DNA of 64,000 nucleotides, from the NCBI GenBank assembly GCA_964106645.2, contig OZ067044.1; one strand, written 5' to 3'. Below the pieces are notes generated by a model. That model was not told the DNA's origin. It saw only the letters and a program-made list of their open reading frames with translations, and searched no databases. Both the position numbers and the translations under genes were made by a program. Origin of the DNA: Podarcis pityusensis (Eukaryota). Within the stretch, counting starts at the first letter, position 1. Every line of letters starts with the position of its first letter. Below, piece by piece: positions 24,982 through 37,649 of this stretch.

Positions 24982-25160
24982 AGTAACCCAATGCCCTCAT
25001 GGGCATATGCTCTTCCATGCAAAGAGCTCCAGGTTCAATCCATGCCATTTTCAGGCAGAACTGGGAAAGAACCCTGTCCAAAATGCCAAAGACTCTTTGC
25101 CAATCAGTGTAGACAATATGTAGCTTGATGGAGTTCATTTAAAGCAGTTTCCTATGTCCT
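24982..25160 (+). mobile_element. Squam2-like SINE (tRNA head, CR1-like tail), degenerate
   Basis: ccaggttcaatcc B box, tgccaatcagtgtagacaata body and gcagtttcctatgtcct tail. Confidence 0.65.
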
Positions 25161-25824
25161 TATCATCTTATGTCTAGATCTCATGGGAAAGCAAAGACCC
25201 AGATCAGTGCCTCTCCCTGCACATCTAAGGGAGAAGGCAAACATAAAGGAGGAGACATTCCCAAAGTTTTTCAGGACACAGACTACGGTATACTTTAAAA
25301 ATAATTAATGTTTACACTTTGAAATGGTCCTGAACAAACAGCAGCCAAGTGAAGTTGGGCCAGAATAGAATTGTGTGTCCATTGTGGCTTATACAGTGCC
25401 AAGAGACAGGCTGTGGCTTTCTTAACTCACTACAGCTTCCCAATCATCATGGAAACATGATGTTGATTGCCATGAAGATAAGGCACTGTGTGGGCATAGG
25501 AGTCTCAGGAGCAAGCACTGGTGAAGAACCAGAGAAGCAAGAGTTTCAGAGACTGTAACCAGGAACTCCTCTAACTTAACAGTTTTGGGCAACTGATGTA
25601 ACAATGACATGAATCATGCAAGTTCTACTGAGATTAGCAATCCCAGACAAACAAAGAATGATGGATTAAGCTCTTAAAGAGCAGCAAATTTCAAAGGCAT
25701 TACTGAAGTATACAATACAAAGAGAAGACTGGTATACAGAGGAAAGATCATACCATCTGTAGAGAATATTTGAAATTAGTTTGTGTTCCCAAAACATGCA
25801 ACTATCTGTCAATTTGTCTAGGTC

Positions 25825-26175
25825 AAAGGTAAAGGGACCCCTGACCATTAGGTCCAGTCGTGACCGACTCTGGGGTTGCGGTGCTCAACTTGCTTTATTG
25901 GCCGAGGGAGCTAGCGTACAGTTTCCGGGTCATGTGGCCAGCATGACTAAGCCGCTTCTGGCTAACCAGAGCAGCGCACGGAAACACCATTTACCTTCCT
26001 GCCGGAGCAGTACCTATTTATCTACTTGCACTTTGATTTGCTTTCGAACTGCTAGGTTCGCAGGAGCAGGGATCAAGCAATGGGAGCTCACCCCATCGCG
26101 GGGATTCGAACTGTCAACCTTCTGATCAACAAGTCCTAGGCTCTGTGGTTTAATCCACAGCGCCACCCGCGTCCC
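25825..26175 (-). mobile_element. Full-length Sauria SINE with TSD
   Basis: Minus strand begins GGGACGCGGGTGGCGCTGTGG (A box), has a GTTCGAATCC B box and ends ...CCCTTTACCTTT. TSD TTTGTCTAGGT at 25813-25823 and 26177-26187. Confidence 0.95.
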
Positions 26176-27460
26176 TTTTGTCTAGGTTAGGTGCATGCTT
26201 TCCTGCTTCTTGGAAGCTATGCTTTTGGTCCATCTTAGATCGTATGGCCAGGCTATAATAGCTTGGACTGAAGAAGTACCAGTGAACATATTCATATAAG
26301 CACATGACAATTGGTAAATAGATTTCCAAAAGTTTTGGCATCTTACACCTAAAACAAGTGTGGCAACTCATGATAAGGAGAGGAATGCAGTATCATTACA
26401 CACACACATTCACCACAAATCCAAAATTCAATGTAAAAGAAAACCCTATATGATGTAGGCGCAATAAAGCAATTAATGTCCCCCTTTAAGGCAGCCATCA
26501 TTCTCTTATGTGTCCCCTGGATGAAGGAATCCTGAGAAGACAGAAGGTACAAAAAATCCATGGATTTGCTAGACAGCAGAATAAGCACAACACAATGCCA
26601 GCCCATTGATTTACTGATCCACAATAGTGCTTTAAGCTTGGTGACCTTTTAAGGAAGCAACTAAAGATTGCCTTAAGTGAGGTCATAGTCTTATGACTGA
26701 CAGCTTGGTTGTCTCAGTCACTGAACAACAAGGGTGGTTAGCACAAGCTCACCTTTGAAATAACATCCATTTCCCATTTAACTGGATATGAGGAACAGGT
26801 CATAAAATATGCAAGTCCCACAGCTCAATAGGAAAGAGAATTTTTGGGATGCAGCATTACTTTGGTCCTAAAGCACCATCCCCTGTTAACAATATTGTTA
26901 ATAAAGTAAGGCTTACTTCACTATTAATCCAAATACAGATATCCAGTAGAAGAAAAATACTGCAATGGCACAGGCCTGAATAAACACATGAGATCAAGTG
27001 TGGCAAAAATAAATAGCTGACCACAATTTTTATTTCAGTGTTTTATCTGTAGCTACACAAAAATAAGAGATTTTTTTAAAGTTTACATCTTGTCTATTTA
27101 TCTTTGTATTTACTTATCATTGTATTTACTTAGCGTTTTATTAAATATCTGCAGGAAAAGTAGATTAAGGTTGCAATCCTATACCTACCTACTTAGGAGG
27201 ATGCCCCAGAGGGCTCAGTGAAATTTAATTATGAAGAGACATGCACAGGATTGTGCTGCAAATTGCATTCATTTGGGCATTACATATTGATTTGTTTCAT
27301 ACAGATATTTATTAGCTATCTTTCCAGAATTAACAAATTTAAAAGCCATCTGATACTAATACCTACAAACATGCGCGCGCACACACAGTGAAGTCCCATG
27401 ATTCTGAGCACACTTTCATAATGTCATGACACACACAAAAACTGTTTTCATTTCAAATTA

Positions 27461-27794
27461 AAAAGGTAAAGGTCCCCTGACAGTTAAGTCCAGTCACAAA
27501 CGACTCTGTGGTTGCAGCACTCATCTCGCTTTATTGGCCGAGGGAGCCGGCGTACAGCTTCCGGGTCATGTGGCCAGTATGACTAAGCACTTCTGGCGAA
27601 ACCAGAGCAGCGCACGGAAACTCCGTTTACCTTCCCGCTGGAGCGGTACCTATTTATCTACTTGCACTTTGATGTGCTTTTGAACTGCTAGGTGGGCAGG
27701 AGCTGGGACCAAGCAAAGGGAGCTCACCTGGTCGCGGGGATTCGAACTGCCAACCTTCCGGTGGCAAGCCCTAGGCTCAGTGGTTTAGACCACA
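27461..27794 (-). mobile_element. Sauria SINE, slightly 5'-truncated variant
   Basis: Colinear with the 25825 copy; differs at cagttaagtccagtc and tttagaccac. Confidence 0.92.
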
Positions 27795-29381
27795 CTTTGC
27801 CATTATTTCATATCTACCTGATGCCTGGGGGAAGCACGACATAGCTGGGGTGAAATGAATCTCTAGACTTTCAAACTGTGATTTCCTAAAATGTAAGTCC
27901 ATGTTCCACTAAGGATGCCAGCACAGCAGTGCTTTACATAATTACCATGTTTTATAAATTCTTTGTGCACCTGTCAAATTATAATTGAATAATATCAACA
28001 GAAAGACTTCTCCCTTGCTGCTAACTCGGCGCTTGTTATTAGGTAAGAAACCAGGGGTAGCATGGGAGTAAGAAATGAGATATTGCTATTCATTTTGAAA
28101 CGGTACCTTTTCTGGCTTGATTTCCTGAACCATGAGCCATTTCTGGGTGCTACCTTGGGAAGGCACTGGTTGTTTTAGTCACAGAAAAAAGAGGTTCTTT
28201 AATGGGTGGTGGGGCACTTCTAGCAGGGGCCCTTGGGAAAGTAGTAAGGGCACTCTCTTTGTTGTATTACTATAGATCTTCGCTGAATAAGAGCCGGGAA
28301 AGGGAGAGTTGTTTGTTGGGTCCTCCCTGTATGAAAGGCATGCTGGTTTCATATATACACTGAACGTTTGTGGTTACCAATATCATAATGGCATTCTATA
28401 AACCTATGGTGTGGAATACTGTTTACGGTTCTGGTTGCCTCATCACAAAAAAGCTAAGATTAAGGGCAAAAAAATTATCAAGGAGATAATTTACAAGCCT
28501 GTAATATACCTTCCTTGTTCAATATGTACTTGGCTAATATGCAGTACAATTTTAAACAAACTGTGAAACAGTATTTTGAACTGTAACAGCTGCAAATTTA
28601 CCAGCAGAAGTCTGCAGCAAGACACTGAGTCATAATCACTACCTTTGGTGTTTGTATTACTTTGCTTCTATCAATCCAAATGTCAAAATAAACATAGTTC
28701 ACTGGAACTAAGCTGCCATTTTCAAATTATACACTGAAGAACAGAACAAGGTACACAGAATATTTGTAAAAGACTACATCCCCACCTACCTGCTAGTGAG
28801 TAATTCCTGTAGGAGTCAATGGATTTTATTCATAAGGGTACTTAGAACTGAAAGCAGTGGTTTCAGATTGAGTCCAAGTAATGTTGCTAAAGGAGTTCAA
28901 AGGTGTAGCACAGAATGTGTCCAAGTCAATTATCTCTATCGGGGTCACTTAACATAGTAGGCAATGGTCTCCAGTACTGGTATCCAATTAGTGAGAGGCA
29001 ATTCAGATGCAATAATATTTCATCTAGCTGACTTCCACTACAGAGGTTTAAACCCCAGTTGGAAACATAGCATGTGAAAAGGCACTCCACAAATAAAGAT
29101 TATAGCAGGTTGCAATGCTATCACCTGAAAAGCCTTTGGACAGCACATAATCGGAAGAAAGAATGACCTACCACAGGGGGGCCTGATTTGAGAAAATAGT
29201 GCTAAGGACATGGGTTACTATTATCTTCATTATTTGTGAACCATTGGCAGATAGCATAATCCAAAGGCAGCATTCTACAGTATCCACAGTAGCTTCAGTT
29301 TGACAATTTTCAATCCAAAGCATTCTTCTTTGGATTACTGTTTTACTATTTTTGTGACAGCTGTATCTTGCATTAAATGTT

Positions 29382-30557
29382 TCATTGCGTGGACAGGCGG
29401 AGTCCCCATATCCCGCACGGTCCCCCCGTCATGTGGAATAACGACTCATGACAACGTGCTATGGGATTAAATTGGCCACAACTTTATTAAATTTCAAATG
29501 TGGGTAGACCTTGGCTCAGGCATTGGGCGTTCTCCCTCGCCATTCCCCAGCCGGGGACCTAGGGAGCATCAGGGTTATCCAGTGTGGGGGGGGGGATGGG
29601 CCAGCTCTGGAGAACATATGTTCAAGCAGAGATAGCCGCCCCCGTTATGCCGCCGCCGCAGGGGAGAGCAATGACGACCTTTCGGCATACGGTCAAAGCC
29701 TCCCTTCAGAAACCCCTTTCACGGGGAACCCTGGTATCGCCGCCGCAAAGAGGAAGATGGACTAAAGGATTCCGCCCAAGGCCTGATACTGCCAAAGTTG
29801 TGACGTTTTGCTACGGGAAAGGCGAAACCTGCCAATGCAGGGAAATTCCTTTCCGGCCCTTTAACAGCGACCTTAACGTAGCAGCACCCGCATACCTGCG
29901 AAGAAAAGTTAACCTGCAAATACAGTGGTGCCTCGCAAGACGAAAAGAATCCGTTCTGTGAGTCTCTTCGTCTAGCGGTTTTTTCGTCTTGCGAAGCAAG
30001 CCCATTGACGGATTAGTGGATTAGCGCTATTAGCGCTATTAGCGGCTTTTAGCGGCTTTTAGCGGCTTATCGGATAAGCAGATAAGCGGCTTAACGGCTT
30101 AGAAAAAGGGGGGGGAAAGGGAAAAAAACCCGCAGGAACTCGCAAGACATTTTCGTCTTGCGAAGCAAGCCCATAGGAGCTTCGTTTTGCGAAGCACCTC
30201 CAAAACGGAAAACTCTTTCGTCTAGCGAGTTTTCCGTCTTGCGAGGCATTCGTCTTGCGGGGCACCACTGTAAGACATTAACTGAGGGTGGGAGTAGCTC
30301 TGGAGCCAAGTGAGGATTCCCAGGTCAGATCCTCCCTCTATTGTGTGGGCAGGTAATCCCTCCCCTACCTGGCCTGGTCTCCTTGGCAACGCTTCCCCCA
30401 GGTGGGATTGGACAACTGGCTGAGGTAGGCGGAGACCTCCAGGTATCCCACCTGAGGGAAGGCAAACCAAGCCTATGCTGTTGGAGCCGCTCCAGATCTA
30501 GGGGCTGTGCGTGTCCACGCAAAGGGTGCCCCCCGTTTTAAGCGGGGAGCGGTCATT
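29382..30557 (-). mobile_element. Probable solo terminal-repeat unit of a DIRS/Ngaro-type tyrosine-recombinase retroelement, interrupted by a MITE
   Basis: GC/CpG-rich block in AT-rich intron; AATAAAGTTGTGGCC on the minus strand; no TG..CA ends; the same TCATT core at both junctions; 11-bp inverted motif near both ends. Confidence 0.6.
29923..30270. mobile_element. Tigger/pogo-like MITE with internal (TAGCGGCTT)-type minisatellite, nested in the previous element
   Basis: TA|cagtggtgcctcgcaagacgaa ... ttcgtcttgcggggcaccactg|TA. Confidence 0.92.
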
Positions 30558-30954
30558 CTCAAGTCTCAAATCATGTCCTCCTCTTCAGCTCATTCTTCAT
30601 GGTTTCCTTTATTCCAACTGCCTTTACCATCAATTCAAGATCATCCCTCACTAGAAGGGAAACAAATAATATTGATAGACTTAAGCCCTCTTCAGGCATT
30701 TAGAATTTGTTGTAATGCCAGCATGTGCATTGACTCACTCCACTCCCAGCCTTGCTGAACACAACAAGGGCTGAAGGGGGCTGCAGTATAGAAGATCAAG
30801 AATATGCCAATATAACAACATTGTTCCTAATGTATGTCAGAAGTAAGAGTAGAATGTTTTACATCTTGTGTTTGATAGTTTGAAAGAAAGATTTATGCAC
30901 AAACATAAAGTGGCCTGAAAATCTTTTTGGATTTTGTGCACTCTGTTCATGACC

Positions 30955-31105
30955 TCAGAAGGTGGTGGACTCTCCTTCATTGGAGGTGTTAAAATGGAGT
31001 TTGGATGGCCATCAGTCAGGAATTTTTAGCTGTGATTCCTGCACTGTGGGGGAGGGGGTTGGACTAGATGACCCTGGGTCCCTTCCAACCCTCTGATTCC
31101 ATGAC
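30955..31105 (+). mobile_element. CR1 LINE 3' end
   Basis: tctccttcattggaggt...ggttggactagatgaccc...cccttccaaccctctgattccatga. Confidence 0.8.
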
Positions 31106-31404
31106 CCCTCCTCCCTACTTGCTGCTCCATTAACAGCGGTTGCAATACATATGACATGGGCATAGTGGGTGATATGATATCTAAATAGGTAAAATAAAGA
31201 GTAAGAGAAGATACTGCTGTATAAGAAACTCTGATAGAGTCTAAGAAATATGCAGGTTGCTTTTCAAATCACAATTCTCCGTTGAAATAATTGAGTAGAT
31301 ATTATCAGTGTTGGATCCAGAAAGTCAAGCATCAGTACACTAATGAACCTCAAATATTGCACCGCTCAGATTAGTATCTGTCTTCCAATGTTGAAAGACT
31401 AGGA

Positions 31405-31655
31405 ATACAGGCACAATCTTCTAGGAATGCTCCTCCCAGGGAGGCTCGCCTGGCACTGTCTTTGTGTATATTTAGGCCCCAGGCAAAAACATTAATCTTC
31501 TACCAGGCCTTTGCCTAATTGAACAATCAATGGACTTTTAAACTGTATAGGGAGGTGCTGTTTTTGTTTGTTACTATGATATGTATTTTTATATTGTAAA
31601 CTGCTCGGTGGTCCTCAGATGAAGGGCAGTATAGAAATTTAATTAATCAATAATA
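31405..31655 (+). mobile_element. L2-type LINE 3' end
   Basis: ggaatgctcctcccagggaggctcgcctggc...ttgtaaactgc...gaagggcagtatagaaatttaat. Confidence 0.6.
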
Positions 31656-31948
31656 ACAATCGTTATAATAGGCTGCCTCCAACAAGCTGGAAGGGAAAGA
31701 CCCATTCCCCACCATCTGTCCATTTCGTGGAACCACACATTTATAATTAAATACATAACCAACAAGTACCTTAACAATAGACTTATAAAAAAAGGTTCCC
31801 TAGCAAACTACTGCTTTCAGTATAGAACTAAAACCAAAAACACAATGCTTAAGAGCCGATTCAGGCATTTTCTGGTATAGGAAGCTAGTATAGCCAATAT
31901 ACTATCATTATCATCTGTTTTTGTTATAAGGTGGTCTAAATTAACTTT

Positions 31949-32449
31949 ATTTTTAAAAGTAGAGACATCACCTTGCCAACAAAGGTCCGTATAGTTAAAG
32001 CTATGGTTTTCCCAGTAGTGATGTATGGAAGTGAAAGCTGGACCATAAAGAAGGCTGATCACCGAAGAACTGATGCTTTTGAATTATGGTGCTGGAGGAG
32101 ACTCTTGAGAGTCCCATGGACTGCAAGAAGATCAAACCTATCAATTCCTTAAGGAAATCAGCCCTGAGTGCTCATTGGAAGGACAGATCGTGAAGCTGAG
32201 GCTCCAGTACTTTGGCCACCTCATGAGAAGAGAAGACTCCCTGGAAAAGACCCTGGTGTTGGGGAAGATGGAGGGCACAAGGAGAAGGGGACGACAGAGG
32301 ACAAGATGGTTGGATAGTGTTCTCGAAGCTACCAGCATGAGTTTGACCAAACTGCGGGAAGCAGTGGAAGACAGAAGTGCCTGGCGTGCTCTGGTCCATG
32401 GGGTCACGAAGAGTCGGACACGACTAAACAACTAAACAACAACAACAAC
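31949..32449 (+). mobile_element. Bov-B 3' fragment (~500 bp, one frameshift) with 11-bp TSD
   Basis: Matches 4776-5280; TSD AAATTAACTTT at 31938-31948 and 32450-32460. Confidence 0.95.
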
Positions 32450-32548
32450 AAATTAACTTTGAAAAGAGTACAAATATCCCCATTATTCTCATTAACAATA
32501 TTCTCATATACAAGTGTCACAGTGCTGGCAGTGTCCAGCCAGCCCTGG

Positions 32549-32593
32549 CATACATATACATATACATATACATATGCATATACATATACATAT
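32549..32593. repeat. (TACATA)n simple repeat
   Basis: Direct reading. Confidence 0.9.
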
Positions 32594-32683
32594 TTTGTCC
32601 TTCCCCCATGCGCTTTCACATATAAAATATATGTGAGAGGTACAAGTAAAAGTGCAGGTGGCTCACTCCTCTGCTTTTCATTA

Positions 32684-32923
32684 CAGCTGCACCTTGGTTC
32701 TTGAACAGAATGCATTCCGGGAGTCCGTTCGACCCTCGGAACTGTTCAAAAACCAAAGTGTGGCTTTTGATTGGCTGCAGGAGCGTCCGGAAGCCATGGA
32801 AGCCATGCCGGACATTCAGCTTCTGAAAATCGTTTGAAAATCGGAACACTCACTTCTGGGTTTCAATCATTCAGGAGCTGATTTGTTCGAGAGCCAAGGC
32901 ATTTGGCTTCCAAGGTATCACTG
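32684..32923. mobile_element. Tigger/pogo-like MITE (older)
   Basis: TA|cagctgcaccttgg ... ccaaggtatcactg|TA. Confidence 0.75.
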
Positions 32924-32967
32924 TACTTCATCTCATTCAAATAGGTATCTTAGACATAATCTCCACA

Positions 32968-33322
32968 CAGGGGCACCGACTTGGCCCCAGATTGTGGGTG
33001 CCCAGTGGTGCACGTGACATAAGTAATATGACATCTGACGGCACATTACATCACACGCACTCTAGCAGCTCCTTGGGAGTCTCGGAAGTTGCGTAGAAGG
33101 TCTTGTGAGGTCTCAGATGCAATGTCCAAAGCACCATGGGGCTTCAGATGTGACTTCCCTGTGAGGCCTTCAGTATTACCTCTGAAGCCCTGTGAGGCCT
33201 CCGATGCAACTTCTGGGGCCTCGTGAGGCACTGGAAGTTGCGTCAGAGGCCCAGCAGTGTGAGTGCTAAACACCCACACAAAAAATTGTGGGTGCCCGGG
33301 CTCCCAACAGTTGGTGCCAGTG
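32968..33322. mobile_element. hAT MITE with perfect 8-bp TSD
   Basis: TIRs caggggcaccgact / agttggtgccagtg; TSD TCTCCACA on both sides; subterminal ttgtgggtgccc repeats. Confidence 0.85.
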
Positions 33323-35016
33323 TCTCCACACAATTTGGGGAGGCTTCAGATTGGGAAGATGTGTATATATAAGGTGATAGTGGGATATGAGCCATACTTC
33401 TCGCTACAGCATATTCTCTTCCCAGGCAATACAGAGTAATAAAAAATGAAGGAACACACATCTACTTTTCTGAGGCCCATTATAACTTGTAGTTCTCACC
33501 AACAGCCACACTAAAAACAAAGTCAAAGTGATGAGATATTGGGTACATAAACTTTAAGTACTTGCCCAAATATGATGGAGAAACACCCCCAAACATTATT
33601 GTGTACTTTGGTCACCCAAAGAGGTTGGGGGAACATACCCGAGAATGACTGCGTATACTTTAGCCATGAAAAATGGGAACATGTAACTGTGTCCCCTGGC
33701 AAAATCAGCCTCTCAGGCTATACAATATCTGCTTTGGCAATTCATGACTGAACGCCCCTCCGCAAACACAATTTTATGAATCTTTATAATAGCAAAGGGT
33801 ATTTAACTGTAACTGCTTTTAGATGTTTTTAATTGTATTTGTTTATAAAATGTTTTAACTGTTTTAGAATGTGTTTGCTTTGTTTTGTTTTTAAATTGTG
33901 TATCTGTTTGCTGCCCTGGGTTCTTTGGGGGCTAACATATTTAACAACAGTTCATTTTTAAGACACATTTATTTATTTATTTGTTACAGAAAACCTTTTC
34001 ACCCCAACACTTAAATATGCACTTGAACCCATAAAACGAAGCCAAAAGTGACAAAACCAAAGCATGCTTTGCTAAAACAAAAATGCCTTAGTTATAGCAG
34101 TGTCCAAAGTAAACTTTTGACTATGCGTAACATTCTTTTACAAAATAAACTCAAGACTTTTGCCAGCAATAACCTATATACTGATGTGGTATTAAAAGAA
34201 ACTTGGACGCTTGAACTGGGAGACAAACTGTCAACCAACCACTAATTGGATTTTATGATGTGAGTCACAGCTTAGCAATTTCCTAGAATTTAATCACAGT
34301 GCACCCAAAAAGATCAATTAAAGAACAGCCTCAGAATTTGTTAAAGCCCTGTGTAGCATGGGGCAAAACAATGATCTCAGTAAGTTCACCAGAGAATTTT
34401 ATGAATGAACAAAGAAAGGATTTTTATTGATAAAGGCAAGATTCATTTCATTCCCTTTCATTGTTTTTTGAGTAGCAACTAAGCTTTTTAAGTGAGCTAT
34501 TGGACTTTGAGAATATAGTGTTTGCTGCTGTTTACTGATTTTATACATGGATGTGAGTACTTTCTGCAGTGAGTTAGCACAAGGTATAACAATTTGGGCT
34601 ACTGCTAGCTGGGAGATGGAGTACAATTTTGTATGCCAGACCTGTATAAGGTGATAGTGGGATATGTATTTATATACTGCACTTATACCCTCCCTTCCTC
34701 AAAGAGTCAAAAGTGGCTTACATACAAAGCCCATGTTGTCTCCCACCCACAAAACTTTCAGGATCAGAGTGACTTCACCTTAGCAACTCAAGAACATCCT
34801 GTGGGGCAAACACAGCCCATGGTTCCTAAGACTTCCCAGTGAAGTACAAGACGAGAGACGTTTATCACAAATTATGAACAAATTAAGCACAGTAACATCA
34901 GAATTTTACCCCTCGCCATAAAAAACACCAACATCCGAATAATGTTTATACTCTTCTGGCACAAAATATTGTCTAGGTTTTTAAAATTTGTCTTTCAGTC
35001 ATACAATCTGTTTCAG

Positions 35017-35366
35017 GACTTGCTACACCAATTCACAGTGGTTTCAGACAGGCTCCTAAAGACTGAGCAGATGAAACCAATAGCGCGTACAAATGTCAAG
35101 AAGGTGGTTTCTACACGTGCTGTAGAGGAAAATGAGGGGTAGATGGGTTCGTCAACCTTGGAAAATAACCCATCTAAGAGAAGGAAAACTCTGATCCTAA
35201 ATTTCTGGTGTCTTGTGGGACATCCTGTGGGAGGAGGCTAAGGAGTAAACCCTACACAAATCCAGAGTAGAGTCCCTAAGACGGTTGGGTGGCGTCTTAT
35301 AAACTTCCTTCATGCAACTCCTGCAGTCAAACTGATGCCAAACGTATTGCTTTGCTTCCCTTTGGA
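35017..35366 (+). mobile_element. Structured repeat fragment, probably an RTE-type LINE 5' leader
   Basis: agagaaggaaaactctgatcctaaa motif recalled from RTE 5' regions; several hairpins; overlap with the 7040 fragment. Confidence 0.55.
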
Positions 35367-37649
35367 TTCTCTTCTCAAGAACTGCTAGTACTTTGCTATA
35401 AAATTGCATAACCGCCAGAGTTACACACACACACTAAATAATTGGATTCTAGACTCAGATCTCTTTTAATCAACTGGATTTCTAACTATAGATTCCATTC
35501 CCAACTATAAAGTCACACCCCTGCTGTGACTTAAAGGAAACACTATTCCATCTCACCCAAGACTAATTAAGTGTTTGGGACACCTGATCAAGAGACTTTC
35601 AGTGTTTTCATCCCAAAATATGTTGATGGAAATGAGGAAAGTTGGGCTGTCAGTAGCTCAATTTTGTCACACATGCACACATGTACTAACACAATACCTG
35701 TGCCAGTTCAGCTCCTTACCACTACTATTACCAGTGCTCTCCAGTTGCTTCTCTTCTGGATGAGGAACAGGCACTACTAGCATTTGCTCATTTGCCCACT
35801 CACTCTCTTGAGCCCAATAGGATGGCAATGGAAGGCAGGCAGAGAGGAGGATCATTAGCAAGTGCTGCTGCCAATCCACTGCACCCAGGGGAGAGTGCAA
35901 TTGCCAGATTGGTCTGAAAAGGAAGTAAGTGGAAAGGAATCTGGTAACAGAAATGATAGAAGGATCAGTCTCAGCCATCCAGCAGAAATTCTGTGAGGCT
36001 TCAGTAGGCTGGATAAGTTTGAACAAAGTTTAATCTAAAAAATACAGTGATTGGTGCAGAGGGGGTTTAATAAAACAGTCAGTTGGTCTTCGGCATGGAC
36101 ACATTCACCCTGAAGGGTCAGGTTTGCAGTAAGGGACTATTCATGGCTCCAGCAATGCTACAAGGCAGCTGTGACCTAGAATGCCTTTAATCAATTTCTG
36201 CTGGGTTGCCAGCTGTACTCAGTGCTGTAAGACAGACAGGGCTACTCTCATCTATGCTCTGACGACTTCTAGATTAGACGATTATTGGTTTTGCTAAAAG
36301 TTCAAGAAACTCTCACCAAAATCAGAAAAGCTAGTCGTCCAAAAATGTACCATTTAACAATCAGTTTAGCAATGAAGGCAAGGACAATTAATTCAAACAT
36401 TTCTGGAAGATCCAGATTGTGAAGAACAATTACTGTTTTAGTAACTATTACCCAGAATTGACTAATGGACCTGCACCATTACAGAAACTCTTAATAACAA
36501 GCTCTGGTTTTATTTATTTTTTGCTTTGTTTTTATACTTTAACAGTGCAAAACACAAGCACTCTGATTGACTGATTGATTATTTATTTATATTCAGATCT
36601 TTCTCATAAAGGAGCCTTGTTGAGGAGTCTTATGTCAGAAAATTGCACACATACTGTGTGTATGTACTGAGATTTGGTCCAACATAGGTCTGACTCTAAA
36701 TAGATATATTTGAAATCAGGACAGCCCACACAAGAAGTCTCTGTCCTCTGGGGCTTCAGGGAACAACAACTGTCTCTGTGATCAATGCAATTTCCGCATA
36801 GCACTGAAGGAAGCAGAAGTCATACTAGGCTGAAAAAGAAAGGACCACAGCCTTAAATGCCATTCTCCCCTACTGCCTTGGAACTGGACAGCTACCACCT
36901 CTGAGGAAGCCAATCTCAACCTTCAAAAGTATTTTGCAGCATGTAAGCAACTTCTGTTCTCAGATGATTTTCAAGAGGACTCTTATTCGAGCTTCAAAGA
37001 TCACCAGATTTCCCCAAACTCATTGCAGGTTATACAACTTCAACAGAAACTAAACGGCTGAAAATTGTTACACGTGTATTCAGGATTCCAAACATTCTGG
37101 AGAGTTTCTATGAGACAGGAATAATAGTGATCTATCTCACAGACCTGGCAGGTGGATGAACATGACAATTTTAAAAGCATCTTCATAATTAGAAGTGGAA
37201 TATAAATGGTGAATTCCAGAGCAGATCCATGGAAATTAATCAAACCTTTCTGATGCAATACAGCATGTGACTCTTGTATCAAATATGCCTGTGAAATGCA
37301 CATACACACCATTTATATGAGCAGTGCTACTTCAAAGTGCACTTACGCTTGTAGCCTACATTTTTTGGTTTTATATATCTATATCTTAAAAAGGGGGAAA
37401 TTGTTCCGCATCAAGTCAAGCCTGTACAACCTGCAACTCACCAAGCAGAATGCAGCCCACCAGCTGTGTATGGCAGCCAACCAAAAGGTCTCACTAAACC
37501 TCTCAATTTTCTTGCTTCCCTGGTACACTTAAGAACAGGGTGATCACTAAGCACATGGCAGAACACAATACATGGCTGGTGGGCCGAGTTCACAAAATGC
37601 AAGCATGCACTTCAACATCCAAACTTTAGGCTGCATTAAACAAAAGTTT

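Noticed and set aside
26090-26175. tRNA-like A/B boxes
   Set aside because: These are SINE heads, not complete tRNA genes.
29511-30541. Short ORFs within the Ngaro-like unit
   Set aside because: No RT, RNase H or recombinase motifs, and several run through the nested MITE.
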